Source of the DNA: Treponemataceae bacterium
GTDB lineage: Bacteria; Spirochaetota; Spirochaetia; Treponematales; Rectinemataceae
Reading direction: 5' to 3'
DNA: 64,000 bases
Assembly: GCA_963677895.2 (NCBI GenBank)
Contig: CAXXGJ010000038.1
Location: 352,001-416,000, forward strand
The first letter of the stretch is position 1. Every line of letters begins with the position of its first letter. The position numbers and the translations under genes are program-made. Below are positions 26,299-37,462 of this stretch, piece after piece. The notes beneath the pieces were generated by a model. The model was not told the DNA's origin, made no database searches, and worked only from the letters and a program-made list of their open reading frames with translations.

Positions 26299-28767
26299 TC
26301 AAGGACGCCCGCTGCAGCGGGCCAGGAGTTCACCCACGAGGGACTTGAACCCGAAGCCGCCCCTGCGCGACGGGCTTGAAATTTCGCCGGCCTGGGGCGA
26401 GCCATCGGCGCCCACGAGGTCGGCGCCGATACAGGAGGGGCAACCAGCGCCGCAGGAGCAGCCGTGAAGCCTCTCATATGCCGCGCCCATGAGTCCGTCC
26501 AGCTTGCCCGTGAGGGCCTCCGAGAGACCGGTGCCGCCCGGATACTTGTCGTAGAGGTAGATGGCCGGGATCGAGAAATGAGGGTCCCTCACGCGCTCGG
26601 AGACGCCGATGTCGCGGGGATCGCAGAGGACGAAGACCGGTGCCAGGGACTTGAGCAGGCGCGCGGCCCCGACGAGCGCGGCCGCCGCCGTCGCCGGATC
26701 GAGCCTCTCCAGGAAGGAGCCGGCCGCGCTCTCCTTCGGAAAGAGAAGCATGAGGGCGCGCGTCTGCATTTCCTCGGGCGGCAGGAATATTTCGCCGAAT
26801 CCGACGTTCTCCTGCGTGTGGAAGCGCAGCTTCTTGAACTTCTCCGCCTGGCTCCTCACGAGGACGTCGCCCACGGCGTAGCCGAAAAGCATGGACTGGC
26901 CGGGAGAGGAACGTTCGTCCTCGGTGAGCACCTCAAGGTCGGTCTTGACGACGGCGTCGGTCCAGTAATCCAGGTCCTTGCGCTCGACGTGGCAGACCCT
27001 GTTGGCAATGTCGAGCTTCTTCACGATGAACTGCGTGCCCAGGTGGATGTAGACGGCGTTGTCGAATATGAGTTCCTTGGCGCTCGGCCTGTCCATCTCG
27101 CCGATTACGCGGCTTCCGCCGCCGGTCACGTCGACGATGACGATATTGTCGGCGGTGGCCGAGCGGAGCGAAATCTTCTCGCTGGGGTAGCCCTCGTCGG
27201 ACCAGTACCAGCGCCCGCCGGTGAGACGCACCGCGCCTTCTTCCTCCAGCAGGGAAAGAGCCTCCGCCGTCAGCTCGGAACGCTCGCTTCCCTCGCCGGG
27301 CTCCGTTTCACTCTCGCCGTGTTCCGTTTCGTCCTCGCCGCGCTCCGTTTCGTCCTCGCCGCCGGTCGCGCCCTCGCCATCCTCGCCGCCGCCGAAAGCC
27401 CCGCCCTCCGCGAAAGGCAGCTCGAAGGTCGCGCACTTGACGTGGTCGATGAAGATGAAGGGATTGTCCAAGTCAACCCTGGCCTGCTCCGGCGACTGCG
27501 CGAGGAAATATTCGGGATGAAGGGCGAAATACTGGTCCAAAGGGGCCGCCGATGCCACGAAGATGGCCAGGGAAGAGCCGCCCCGTCTCCCCGCCCTTCC
27601 CGCCTGCTGCCAGAAGGATGCCGTGCTGCCGGGATAGCCCGCCATGACGGAGGCGTCGAGCCCGCCTATGTCGATGCCGAGTTCCAGGGCGTTCGTGGAG
27701 ACGACGCCGTTGATGGATCCCTCGCGAAGGCCTTTCTCGATGGCGCGCCGCTCAGATGGAAGAAGCCCCGAACGGTAGGGGCTCACCTTTATCCTCTCGT
27801 TTTCGTTGTTGGGATTCTCCAGGCTCTGGTTGATGTTGCTCGCGATGAGCTCCACCGCCAGCCTGGACCGGGCGAAGAGGATGGTCTTCACTCCTCTGCG
27901 CAGGAGCTCGAGGGCGATGCGCTCGGACTCGGTCGCGCTGCTCTTCCTCATGCCCTGCACCGGATCGATGACGGGGGGATTATAGAAGACGATCGTCTTT
28001 TCGCCGGCCCCGGCGCCGTTGTCGTCGACGAGCTCGACGGGCTCCTCGATCAGGGCTTCGGCGAGTTCTTTGGGATTGGCGATCGTCGCCGAGCAGAAAA
28101 TGAAGGAAGGCTTGGCGCCGTAGAAGGCGGCGATGCGTTTGAGCCGCCTCAGCACGTTGCCCACATGGCTGCCGAAAACGCCCCGGTAGCTGTGCGTTTC
28201 GTCCACGACAACATATTTCAGGCCTGAGAAGAACTGTATCCACTTGGCGTGGTTGGGCAATATCCCGGCGTGGAGCATGTCCGGATTCGTGATGACGATA
28301 CGGCCGGAGGTTCGCGCCGCCGTCCTGAGGGATGAGGGCGTGTCACCGTCGTAAGTCTGTATTTTTACGGGCAGCGCGCCGCCCAGGGCGACTTCGTTGA
28401 GCTCAGCCTGCTGGTCCTGGGAGAGGGCTTTCGTCGGAAAAAGATAGAGGGCGCGGGCGGAGGGATCCTCCAGGAGGGTCTGGACCACGGGGAGATTGTA
28501 GCAGAGGGTCTTGCCCGACGCCGTAGGCGTGACGACGACGAAATTCCGCCCGGAACGGGCGATTCGGTAGCATTCGGACTGATGGGTGTAGAGGGCCGAA
28601 ATGCCCTTCGCGGCAAGGGCCGCGGCGAGAGGCGGCGAGAGATCGGCCGGCAGTTCGGCGAGTTTCGGCGAGCGCTGCCGCAACGTACGAGTCCAGGCCA
28701 CTTCCCCCTGCTCATCGAGCCAGGCGAGAAAAGAGTCCCAAAATTCTGTGGCGGGTTTCTTCATCAT
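26299..28767 (-). CDS. DExH-box helicase with C-terminal DUF1998 (YprA/MrfA/Hrq1-like)
   Basis: TPTASGKT, FPTKAL..DQ, VDETH, SAT, TNALELGIDIG, QQAGRAGR, CSCGAGCPSC. Confidence 0.93.
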   Translation of the reverse strand: MMKKPATEFWDSFLAWLDEQGEVAWTRTLRQRSPKLAELPADLSPPLAAALAAKGISALYTHQSECYRIARSGRNFVVVTPTASGKTLCYNLPVVQTLLEDPSARALYLFPTKALSQDQQAELNEVALGGALPVKIQTYDGDTPSSLRTAARTSGRIVITNPDMLHAGILPNHAKWIQFFSGLKYVVVDETHSYRGVFGSHVGNVLRRLKRIAAFYGAKPSFIFCSATIANPKELAEALIEEPVELVDDNGAGAGEKTIVFYNPPVIDPVQGMRKSSATESERIALELLRRGVKTILFARSRLAVELIASNINQSLENPNNENERIKVSPYRSGLLPSERRAIEKGLREGSINGVVSTNALELGIDIGGLDASVMAGYPGSTASFWQQAGRAGRRGGSSLAIFVASAAPLDQYFALHPEYFLAQSPEQARVDLDNPFIFIDHVKCATFELPFAEGGAFGGGEDGEGATGGEDETERGEDETEHGESETEPGEGSERSELTAEALSLLEEEGAVRLTGGRWYWSDEGYPSEKISLRSATADNIVIVDVTGGGSRVIGEMDRPSAKELIFDNAVYIHLGTQFIVKKLDIANRVCHVERKDLDYWTDAVVKTDLEVLTEDERSSPGQSMLFGYAVGDVLVRSQAEKFKKLRFHTQENVGFGEIFLPPEEMQTRALMLLFPKESAAGSFLERLDPATAAAALVGAARLLKSLAPVFVLCDPRDIGVSERVRDPHFSIPAIYLYDKYPGGTGLSEALTGKLDGLMGAAYERLHGCSCGAGCPSCIGADLVGADGSPQAGEISSPSRRGGFGFKSLVGELLARCSGRP
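27292..27361. repeat. In-frame 21-bp tandem repeat (~3 copies)
   Basis: ctcgccgggctccgtttcact / ctcgccgtgttccgtttcgtc / ctcgccgcgctccgtttcgtc, encoding GEDETER-like heptads. Confidence 0.85.
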
Positions 28768-28849
28768 AAGCTATACTTTACACACGCTGGGTGCTTAGGT
28801 AAACAGATGTGTATATATTTTTCAACACACCCGCGCGAAAGGGGCCATC

Positions 28850-30124
28850 ATGCTGAAAGTATTGTCGATCGTGCTTGGCGGCGGCAAAGGCACTCGTCTA
28901 TTCCCCCTCACCAAGGAAAGATCCAAGCCGGCCGTTCCCTTCGGAGGCAAATTCCGCATCGTCGATATACCCATATCGAACTGCATCAACGCCGGTTTCA
29001 AGAAGATCTACATCCTCACCCAGTTCAACTCCGCGAGCCTCCATCTGCATATCGCAAAATCCTACAATTTCGATACGTTCTCGAGCGGATTCGTGGAAAT
29101 CCTCGCCGCGGAGCAGACGCCGGTCCATTCTGGCTGGTACGAAGGCACGGCGGACGCCGTGCGCAAGAATCTCATCCATTTCAGGCCGCAGAACCCCACC
29201 CATTACCTCATCGTGTCGGGCGACCAGCTCTACAGAATGGATCTGGGCGACATGTTCAGGAGACATCTCGCCTCGAAGGCCAGACTCACGATAGCCGGCA
29301 CCATGGTGGACAGGAATACGGCGAGCGCCCTCGGCATCATCAAGACGGGAAAAGATTCGCTGATCGAAGCCTTCATGGAAAAGCCCGGTCCGGCGAAGGA
29401 TATCTCGGAATTCAGACTCCCCGACGAGATCCGCCCGAAATCATCAGCGCCGGAGAATGAATACCTCGCGAGCATGGGCATCTACATTTTCGACGCATCC
29501 CTTATGGAAGAAGCCCTCGCTGGCGACTCGAACGACTTCGGCAAGGAAGTCATACCCGATATCCTCGCCAAGGAAAAAATCAACGCCTACCTTTTCGACG
29601 GCTACTGGGAAGATATCGGAACGATCAAGAGTTTCTACGACGCGAACATCCAGCTGACGGACATCAATCCGAAGTTCAATTTCTACGACGAGGACAACCC
29701 GATTTTCACGCACAACAGGAATCTCCCCGCGTCCAAGCTCAACTACTGTACGCTGAACCAGGCCTTGGCCACCGACGGCTGTATCATCACCAACGCTTCC
29801 ATATCGCGCTCCATCGTGGGAATACGCACCATCATCGAGTCGGGCGCCAGCCTCGACGGCGTGATATGTATGGGCGCCGACCGCTATGAAACGGAAGAGG
29901 ATAAGAAGGCCAACACGCTGAAAGGAATTCCTAACATCGGCATCGGCGGCGGAAGCATACTGAGGCGCGCCATCATCGACAAAAACGCAAGGATAGGCCC
30001 CAACTGCAGGATCGGCATCGACGACATGCCGCGGCCGGAGGGCGAATACGCCACGCACTATATCGTGGACGGCGTCATCGTCATTCCCAAGAACATGATC
30101 GTGCCGGCCGGCACGGCGATCTGA
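28850..30124 (+). CDS. glgC: Glucose-1-phosphate adenylyltransferase
   Basis: GGGKGTRLFPLT.ERSKPAVP, GTADAV, SMGIY, DFGKE, YWEDIGT. Confidence 0.97.
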   Translation: MLKVLSIVLGGGKGTRLFPLTKERSKPAVPFGGKFRIVDIPISNCINAGFKKIYILTQFNSASLHLHIAKSYNFDTFSSGFVEILAAEQTPVHSGWYEGTADAVRKNLIHFRPQNPTHYLIVSGDQLYRMDLGDMFRRHLASKARLTIAGTMVDRNTASALGIIKTGKDSLIEAFMEKPGPAKDISEFRLPDEIRPKSSAPENEYLASMGIYIFDASLMEEALAGDSNDFGKEVIPDILAKEKINAYLFDGYWEDIGTIKSFYDANIQLTDINPKFNFYDEDNPIFTHNRNLPASKLNYCTLNQALATDGCIITNASISRSIVGIRTIIESGASLDGVICMGADRYETEEDKKANTLKGIPNIGIGGGSILRRAIIDKNARIGPNCRIGIDDMPRPEGEYATHYIVDGVIVIPKNMIVPAGTAI

Positions 30125-30144
30125 AAACCCGATTCCCAACGTAT

Positions 30145-30184
30145 GAAAAGAGGGCGGCCCGCGATGCGGGCCGCCCTCTTTTTC
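30145..30184. terminator. Bidirectional intrinsic terminator between convergent glgC and the PRTase gene
   Basis: aaaagagggcggcccgc-gat-gcgggccgccctctttt, a perfect inverted repeat with A and T tracts. Confidence 0.9.
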
Positions 30185-30203
30185 AGTTTCCTTGCCTGAA
30201 TTT

Positions 30204-30809
30204 TCAGCCGGTGACGAGCTTCATGGCCTCGGCCAGTTCGGGATCCTTGTCTATATAGTACTTCTGGGCTTCGGCGGCCGACAGGCCGACAAGCTCGTGG
30301 CTCATGTAGTGAATCCAGGTCTCGTCTTCCAGCGTGGGCACCTCGATCTTGCGGCACCAGTAATCGGGGTGGATAGGATGGGTGTCGGGCAGGTATTCGC
30401 GGACCTTGTAGTCGTGGACGACGACCTTTATGTTGGCGCGGGGCAAGCCCTTTCGCATGAACACTTCGGTGAGATAGTTGACGGTCCTTCCCGAGTCGTA
30501 GACGTCGTCGACGAGCATCACCTTTTCCCCTCCGTGGAGGAGATCGGGACTGTAGGTCCATCCGTCGATCTTGACCTCTTCCTGCGTGCTCACGTCGGTA
30601 TAGGAGCGGGCGACGACGGCCGCGTAGAAAACGGGGTTTGCCTCGCCGGTGATGAACTTGAAATACTCGCTTATGACATTCCCCATATAGGCGCCGCCTC
30701 TCAGGGACACATAGATGATGTCGGGGATGAATCCATCTTTGTAAATGCGGTAGGCCATCTTCAGGGCATTGTTCCTGATGGTGTCGTAGGGAACGAATTC
30801 TTTGTGCAT
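30204..30809 (-). CDS. Type I phosphoribosyltransferase
   Basis: SLRGG and the PRPP-binding motif VMLVDDVYDSGRT. Confidence 0.9.
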   Translation of the reverse strand: MHKEFVPYDTIRNNALKMAYRIYKDGFIPDIIYVSLRGGAYMGNVISEYFKFITGEANPVFYAAVVARSYTDVSTQEEVKIDGWTYSPDLLHGGEKVMLVDDVYDSGRTVNYLTEVFMRKGLPRANIKVVVHDYKVREYLPDTHPIHPDYWCRKIEVPTLEDETWIHYMSHELVGLSAAEAQKYYIDKDPELAEAMKLVTG

Positions 30810-30861
30810 AGGGCCTCTCGGGAGAAAGATCCGCGTTCCTCAAGGGGGACCGCATGTGGAC

Positions 30862-30899
30862 AAAAAGCTTGAAGCCCTGAAAAAATCAGGGCTTCAAGC
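30862..30899 (-). terminator. Intrinsic terminator downstream of htrA
   Basis: 14-bp stem gcttgaagccctga/tcagggcttcaagc followed by T5 on the minus strand. Confidence 0.85.
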
Positions 30900-30926
30900 A
30901 GTCATCGCGAAGATGGGATAGTACTA

Positions 30927-32462
<1,536 letters not shown>

Positions 32463-32577
32463 ATACTTCTCCTGAGATGCGTTTTCCAGTGAGCTACTAA
32501 CTAAAAGATAAAATACTGATTTTCGTTACAGTAGCCAAATAGGCGGAGGCATCAGGCTATATGACAATCGACGCTCT

Positions 32578-33330
32578 CTAGAATGTCCAGGAAGTGAGAA
32601 CCTCATGACCGGATTCGGTGACGAGAACGCTGTGCTCGTAATGCGCCGACAGGGACCCGTCGAGCGTCACCACCGTCCAGTCGTCGGCCAGTTCCTTCAC
32701 GTCGCCCTTGCCCGCGTTTATCATCGGTTCGATGGCGATGACCATGCCGGGGAGCAGTCTGGGGTTGGGTCCGCTGGAGATATAGTTGGGGATCTGCGGA
32801 TCCTCGTGCATCTCAAGACCGACGCCATGGCCGCAGTACTGGCGCACCACGCCGTAACCATAGCGCGTGGCATGGCTGAAAACCGCCCTGGCGATGTCGT
32901 GGATGCGGGCGCCGGGAACGACGGCCGCTATGGCCTTGTCGAGACATTCCCTTGTCACCCGCATGAGCTGATCCGCCTCGGGGCTGACCTTTCCGACGGC
33001 CCAAGTGACCGCGGAGTCGGAAAAATAGCCATCCAGCTCAATGCCGTAGTCTGCGCCGATGATGTCGCCCTCGACGAGGCGGCGCTTGCTGGGAATGCCA
33101 TGTATGACGGTTTCGTTCACGGAAAGACAGATGGAGGCCGGATAGCCCTCGTAGTCGAGGAAGGCCGGCTTGCCTCTATGCTTTATCGTGTAGTCGTAGG
33201 CGAACTTGTCGAGTTCGAGAAGACTAACCCCGGGCTGAACCATGGGGCGAAGCTTTTCGAGAAATTCTGAGAGGAGGGCGCAGGATTTGCGGATGCCTTC
33301 AATCTGTTCCTTGTTCTTGAGTCTGATCAT
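32578..33330 (-). CDS. map: Methionine aminopeptidase type I
   Basis: SVNETVIHGIP, GHGVG..MHEDP, AIEPM, SAHYEH. Confidence 0.97.
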   Translation of the reverse strand: MIRLKNKEQIEGIRKSCALLSEFLEKLRPMVQPGVSLLELDKFAYDYTIKHRGKPAFLDYEGYPASICLSVNETVIHGIPSKRRLVEGDIIGADYGIELDGYFSDSAVTWAVGKVSPEADQLMRVTRECLDKAIAAVVPGARIHDIARAVFSHATRYGYGVVRQYCGHGVGLEMHEDPQIPNYISSGPNPRLLPGMVIAIEPMINAGKGDVKELADDWTVVTLDGSLSAHYEHSVLVTESGHEVLTSWTF

Positions 33331-33339
33331 GTACCTGCC

Positions 33340-33795
33340 TCAGCGCTTAGCGTCTGGGTTTTCCCCTCCGGAGTCTCCCTGCCCGGCATCCTTGTGGATC
33401 CCGTCCAGCACGCCGTTGATGAATTTATATGAATCTTCCGAACCATATTCCTTGGCGATTTCGATGGCTTCGTCGATCGTGATCTGGGCGGGGATGTCGT
33501 CCTGGAAGAGGAGGCAATAGGTCCCCATCCTCAAGATGGCCAGATCGACTTTCTTGAGTCTCTCGAAGGGCCAGTGGGACAAGTGCTTCTTTATCCTCGC
33601 GTCGATCTCTTCCAGGTTTTCGAGGGTTCCCGCGATGATGAGCCTCGTGAACGCGGCCGTATCGTCCTCAAGCTGTTCGACTTTCGAAGCCTCGAGCCAG
33701 GCGAATTTGAGAAGATCGTCGAGCGACGAACGGGAAGCTTCCCAGGCGTACAGTGCCTGAAAAGCGAGTATTCTTGCTTTCCTGCGTGAAGCCAT
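33340..33795 (-). CDS. nusB: Transcription antitermination factor NusB
   Basis: RRKAR..AFQALY, D.AILR, IDEAIEIAK.YG, FINGVLD. Confidence 0.96.
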   Translation of the reverse strand: MASRRKARILAFQALYAWEASRSSLDDLLKFAWLEASKVEQLEDDTAAFTRLIIAGTLENLEEIDARIKKHLSHWPFERLKKVDLAILRMGTYCLLFQDDIPAQITIDEAIEIAKEYGSEDSYKFINGVLDGIHKDAGQGDSGGENPDAKR

Positions 33796-33808
33796 CAGCT
33801 CCCTCTTT

Positions 33809-34837
33809 TTACCATTTCAGATTTTCGTCAAAGGTCTTTATGGAAGCCTCGCCCCTGAGCTTCGTGATGAGATCGGCTTCCAGCTTGTCCATGAACTGCG
33901 CTTCCTTCGCCGAAGCCACCTGATAGGCGATGAACTGCTGGATGGTCATGTTCTGGTTGCCAGGGACAGGGTCGGCCAGGCCGAGCTGCTTCTGCGGAAG
34001 GAACTCGTTCGCCCTCACGATCCTGTATCCGGTGGGACTCTCGACCATGCCGGAGATATCGCCGGCCTTGAGCTTGAAGACGACGTCGAAGAGGTCCTCG
34101 CCGAAAAGGCTCTTGTTCTGGGCGGTCTTTTCTATATAGAGGGAAGGTATGGACTTGTACCCCGCAGCGTCGCTGGATCTCAACATGTACTCGTCGAATT
34201 TCGTGGGATTGACCTTGAGCGCGGAGGCTACCGACTGCAGCGTATCCTTCGCCTTCTTGGCGTCGGCATCGCTCTTGAGCCTCGTGTCCACATAGAGGAC
34301 GCTGACTCTCATGGTGTCCGGGCGGACGAGCGAAGCCTTCGCGAGATCATAGGCTTTGAGAATCTCGTCGGCGCTGGGAGCCACGAGAATCGTCTTCAGC
34401 TCATCCTTCCGCTTGGTCTGGACATAGGTCTCGAAGAGAAGACGCTGGCGGACATATACTTTCGGCTCGACGAAGACGCCGCTTGCCCTCAGCTGGCTTT
34501 CCAGATCCTCATCCGTCGCCTTGGCCCCAAGGCTGGACTTCATCTGCGCGAGGGCGTTGTTGATATCGGTATCGCTTACGGAAATCTTCTCCCTTTCGCA
34601 GAATTGCACGAAAAGGAGACTGTTGATTCTCGCGTCGAGGACTTGCTTGATCTGTTCGGCGGTGAACGTGATGCCAGCGGCCTTTTCGAGACGCTGGACG
34701 TCGGTCTTGATCTGGCGGACGGAGATCACTTCCTGCTTGACCAGTTTAATAGTGGCCGCAGGTTTATCGATGGAAGTCTGGGCGCCGAGGGCGGCCAGAC
34801 CTACGAGGGCAAACAAAGCAGGTAAAATCTTTCTCAT
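33809..34837 (-). CDS. SurA/parvulin-like periplasmic chaperone
   Basis: Signal peptide, SurA-N-like helices, degenerate parvulin end (VFKLKAGDISGMVESPTGYRIV). Confidence 0.75.
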   Translation of the reverse strand: MRKILPALFALVGLAALGAQTSIDKPAATIKLVKQEVISVRQIKTDVQRLEKAAGITFTAEQIKQVLDARINSLLFVQFCEREKISVSDTDINNALAQMKSSLGAKATDEDLESQLRASGVFVEPKVYVRQRLLFETYVQTKRKDELKTILVAPSADEILKAYDLAKASLVRPDTMRVSVLYVDTRLKSDADAKKAKDTLQSVASALKVNPTKFDEYMLRSSDAAGYKSIPSLYIEKTAQNKSLFGEDLFDVVFKLKAGDISGMVESPTGYRIVRANEFLPQKQLGLADPVPGNQNMTIQQFIAYQVASAKEAQFMDKLEADLITKLRGEASIKTFDENLKW

Positions 34838-34997
34838 CTTTTATACTCGCTCTTGCTTCATACATAGCCTATAAGGCGGAAATCCTACACAGTTTATAAC
34901 AAACCCGATTGGAGAAGGTAAACCAAAACCCAGGGTATTTCAATAGAGCAGAGACATTTCGATCGGTCCGCCGCGCGATCGGGCGCGGAAAATCCTC

Positions 34998-35876
34998 TCA
35001 GACGAGCGGATCGACGTCGGCTTCGGCGAGACGCCTGCGGACCGCGCTCAGTCCCGGCAGCCTGGGCACAAGGCAGGACGCCCGCTCGAGGGCTTGATGC
35101 GCCTCGCCCCATTCCTTGCGGCGCAGATGGACCTCGGCTTTTTTCCTAAGGAACTGCGCCGAATCCCTGATCCCCACCTCGAGGGCGATGGATTCCTCCA
35201 GCCTGTCGAGATAGTCGTCCTCGTCTATCCGTCCCGGCATTTTCTGCAGCACCAGCGTTCTGAACTTCAGGGCGACGACATCGTAATAGTAACGGAACCA
35301 GGCCTTTTCGTGTTCCATGGCGATGAGCCGCTTGTATATGGCGTAGGCCTTGAGGAGCCGCCCTCGTTTTTCGTATTCCTCGGCCAGGCAGTATTCGGCG
35401 TCCATGGCGTCGCCTCTTTCCAGCCAGCGTTCGAGCCTGAAATCGCCGAAGGATTTGGAACGCTCATAGGTTTCCAGGGCTTCGTCGTCGAAGTTGTGGA
35501 GAAGGTCGTAGACAATGAGCTTGGCCTGACTCTCGGGATCGTGGGTTCTGGCCTTCAGGAAAGCCCTGTAATTGAATCCGCCCTGTTCGAGCTTCTGTCT
35601 CCTCAGGCTGCGGTCGTATGCGCGCCGCTTTTCGCCGTCCGATAGGATCCTGTAGGCTTCGAGGATGAGGCGCATCGCCGATTCGCGCACCGAGGCCACC
35701 GAACCCTTGGCCGTCTTGCCATAGTCGATTTTCCCCTGGACCTCTTGGCCAACCGAGGGTCTTTCGGAGGCGCTCGTGTCGGGATGGTATTTCTTCGCTT
35801 TTTTCCTGAAGGCGCTTTTTATGGCGCTTTGATCCGAGTCGGGAGGGACGCCAAGCACATCATAGTAATTTTCCAC
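34998..35876 (-). CDS. J-domain protein with helical/TPR-like C-terminus
   Basis: NYYDVLGV, KYHPD, EAYRILSD...R.AYD. Confidence 0.9.
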   Translation of the reverse strand: MENYYDVLGVPPDSDQSAIKSAFRKKAKKYHPDTSASERPSVGQEVQGKIDYGKTAKGSVASVRESAMRLILEAYRILSDGEKRRAYDRSLRRQKLEQGGFNYRAFLKARTHDPESQAKLIVYDLLHNFDDEALETYERSKSFGDFRLERWLERGDAMDAEYCLAEEYEKRGRLLKAYAIYKRLIAMEHEKAWFRYYYDVVALKFRTLVLQKMPGRIDEDDYLDRLEESIALEVGIRDSAQFLRKKAEVHLRRKEWGEAHQALERASCLVPRLPGLSAVRRRLAEADVDPLV

Positions 35877-35880
35877 GTAT

Positions 35881-36288
35881 CTAGCCCCGTAAAAGTGGTG
35901 CTTCCCGCGCCGCCGCTATCGATTCGCCATCGTTCGCGACGACTTCGCCCATCGTGACGATCATGCCTTCCTTCTCGAGAGACGTCATCATGACCGCGAG
36001 TGCTTTTTGGGGAAGGAGTCCGGACTTGACGAGAAGGGCCATGGTCCGTTTGCCCACGAGATTCCCGCCGCTTGAAAGCTGCTCGCCGAGCTTTTTGCCG
36101 ATGCCGCTTCCGAGTCCGCTGGGTTCCGAGCATACCACCAGGAAGTCGTACGTGGATAGTCGATAATCCACAGCCTCGAAAAAGTCCGAGACATGACCCA
36201 TCAGGCTGAATTCGCGCGAGGCCGCGCGGGCCAGTTTCATGAGTCTGTCGGTTTTTTTTTCGCTTATGGCGACAACAGCAATACGCAT
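35881..36288 (-). CDS. Hypothetical protein, possible flavodoxin-like fold
   Basis: SD GAGGA, in-operon position, alternating beta/alpha pattern (YDFLVV, LVGKR); no intact FMN phosphate loop. Confidence 0.65.
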   Translation of the reverse strand: MRIAVVAISEKKTDRLMKLARAASREFSLMGHVSDFFEAVDYRLSTYDFLVVCSEPSGLGSGIGKKLGEQLSSGGNLVGKRTMALLVKSGLLPQKALAVMMTSLEKEGMIVTMGEVVANDGESIAAAREAPLLRG

Positions 36289-36337
36289 TTATTCCTCGCG
36301 GCTACTATAGCAACGAACAAGAATCGTAACAATCCGT

Positions 36338-36820
36338 TTACAGGCCCCTATAGAGCTCTTCTCCCGTACCCGGCTTGATGAATATGACCGGGCAGCGCGC
36401 GTTCCTGAGAATTTCACGGTTCGCGTCGGCGACGGCGTCCCTCGACTGCATTTCGGAGGGCTGACCGCCGATGACAATGCAGTCGGCGCCGTGCTCTATC
36501 GAAGCCCTGATGATCTCGCCCGGCACCGAGCCCTTTCCGAGGAGCGTCTCCACGGTAAGGCGCTTTTTCGCGGCGATTTCCACGCAGAAATTGAGATAGC
36601 GGCGGCCCGAATTCTCCAGGCTCCGCTCGTACTCCTCGCTCTCGTCGGGCACGAATATCCGGGAGAGGGCGAGCTGGCGTATGGTGGCAGTATCGACGAC
36701 ATAACAGGCGATGACCTTCGAACCGAACTGCTTCTTCATGGCGAGCGCGTATTTCAGCGCGTCGATGGAGGCTTCCGAACCGTTGATCGCCACGAGAAGC
36801 GTCCTGAATATCTGTATCAT
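36338..36820 (-). CDS. Universal stress protein
   Basis: LLVAINGSEAS..AL.YA, ADCIVIG, ILRNARCPVIFIK; start overlaps the subunit D stop. Confidence 0.9.
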   Translation of the reverse strand: MIQIFRTLLVAINGSEASIDALKYALAMKKQFGSKVIACYVVDTATIRQLALSRIFVPDESEEYERSLENSGRRYLNFCVEIAAKKRLTVETLLGKGSVPGEIIRASIEHGADCIVIGGQPSEMQSRDAVADANREILRNARCPVIFIKPGTGEELYRGL

Positions 36821-37449
36821 AAGGCGTCCTGCTCCGACATCCGCTGTTTGAGCAACTTCACGGCGAATAGGGATTCGCGATCCCGCTCGTCCAAGGTGGA
36901 TTCTATGAATTTCACTATTTCTCCCGACCGGGGAATCACCATCTTGTCCAGGGCGTTGACGCGCCGCTGGGTTTTCTTGACCTCGCGGGCAAGCCGCCAG
37001 ACGATGGATCGCAGGCCAGCGGCCGCGGCCAGTTTCTGAAGCAGCTCGCTGAACTCTATCACGGTTTCGTCGCATACGGCAAATGAATTTATGAAAGAAT
37101 AGTTGAGTTCGGGGGCACCTGCCCGGACGACGAGGGTGGGCAGGTTCATGCCGCTGACGTTCACGTTCCCTGTCTTGAGGGTGATGGAGCGCACCGGTTT
37201 CGAGGAGAGGGCGAGCGCCCTTTCCCGGCCGACGACGAGGAGCATCTTCCGCAGGTGGCGATAGGATTTTTCGGTCAGTTCCCTGATCTCCTTCTCGAGG
37301 AGGCCGAGTTCGTCCATGCGCTTGAGCAGCTCTATGACGAGGATTTCGCGCTTCTTCTCGAGGAGATCGTAGCCCTGGAGCGCGAGCCCGAGGCTGCGCT
37401 TTTCGTTGATGAGGTTGGTTTTGGTAGGGGCCGGATAGGCTTGTGCCAT
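36817..37449 (-). CDS. V/A-type ATP synthase subunit D
   Basis: PTKTNL, GYDLLEKKR, KKTQRRVNAL. Confidence 0.95.
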   Translation of the reverse strand: MAQAYPAPTKTNLINEKRSLGLALQGYDLLEKKREILVIELLKRMDELGLLEKEIRELTEKSYRHLRKMLLVVGRERALALSSKPVRSITLKTGNVNVSGMNLPTLVVRAGAPELNYSFINSFAVCDETVIEFSELLQKLAAAAGLRSIVWRLAREVKKTQRRVNALDKMVIPRSGEIVKFIESTLDERDRESLFAVKLLKQRMSEQDAL

Positions 37450-37462
37450 GATCGACGCTCCT

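Noticed and set aside
27292..27361. 21-bp repeats as a CRISPR-like array
   Set aside because: They are adjacent in-frame coding repeats with no spacers and no cas genes.
26299..28767. DUF1998 helicase as a DISARM/Druantia defence system
   Set aside because: No methylase, PLD nuclease or other defence genes are nearby; the exonuclease partner fits a repair pair.
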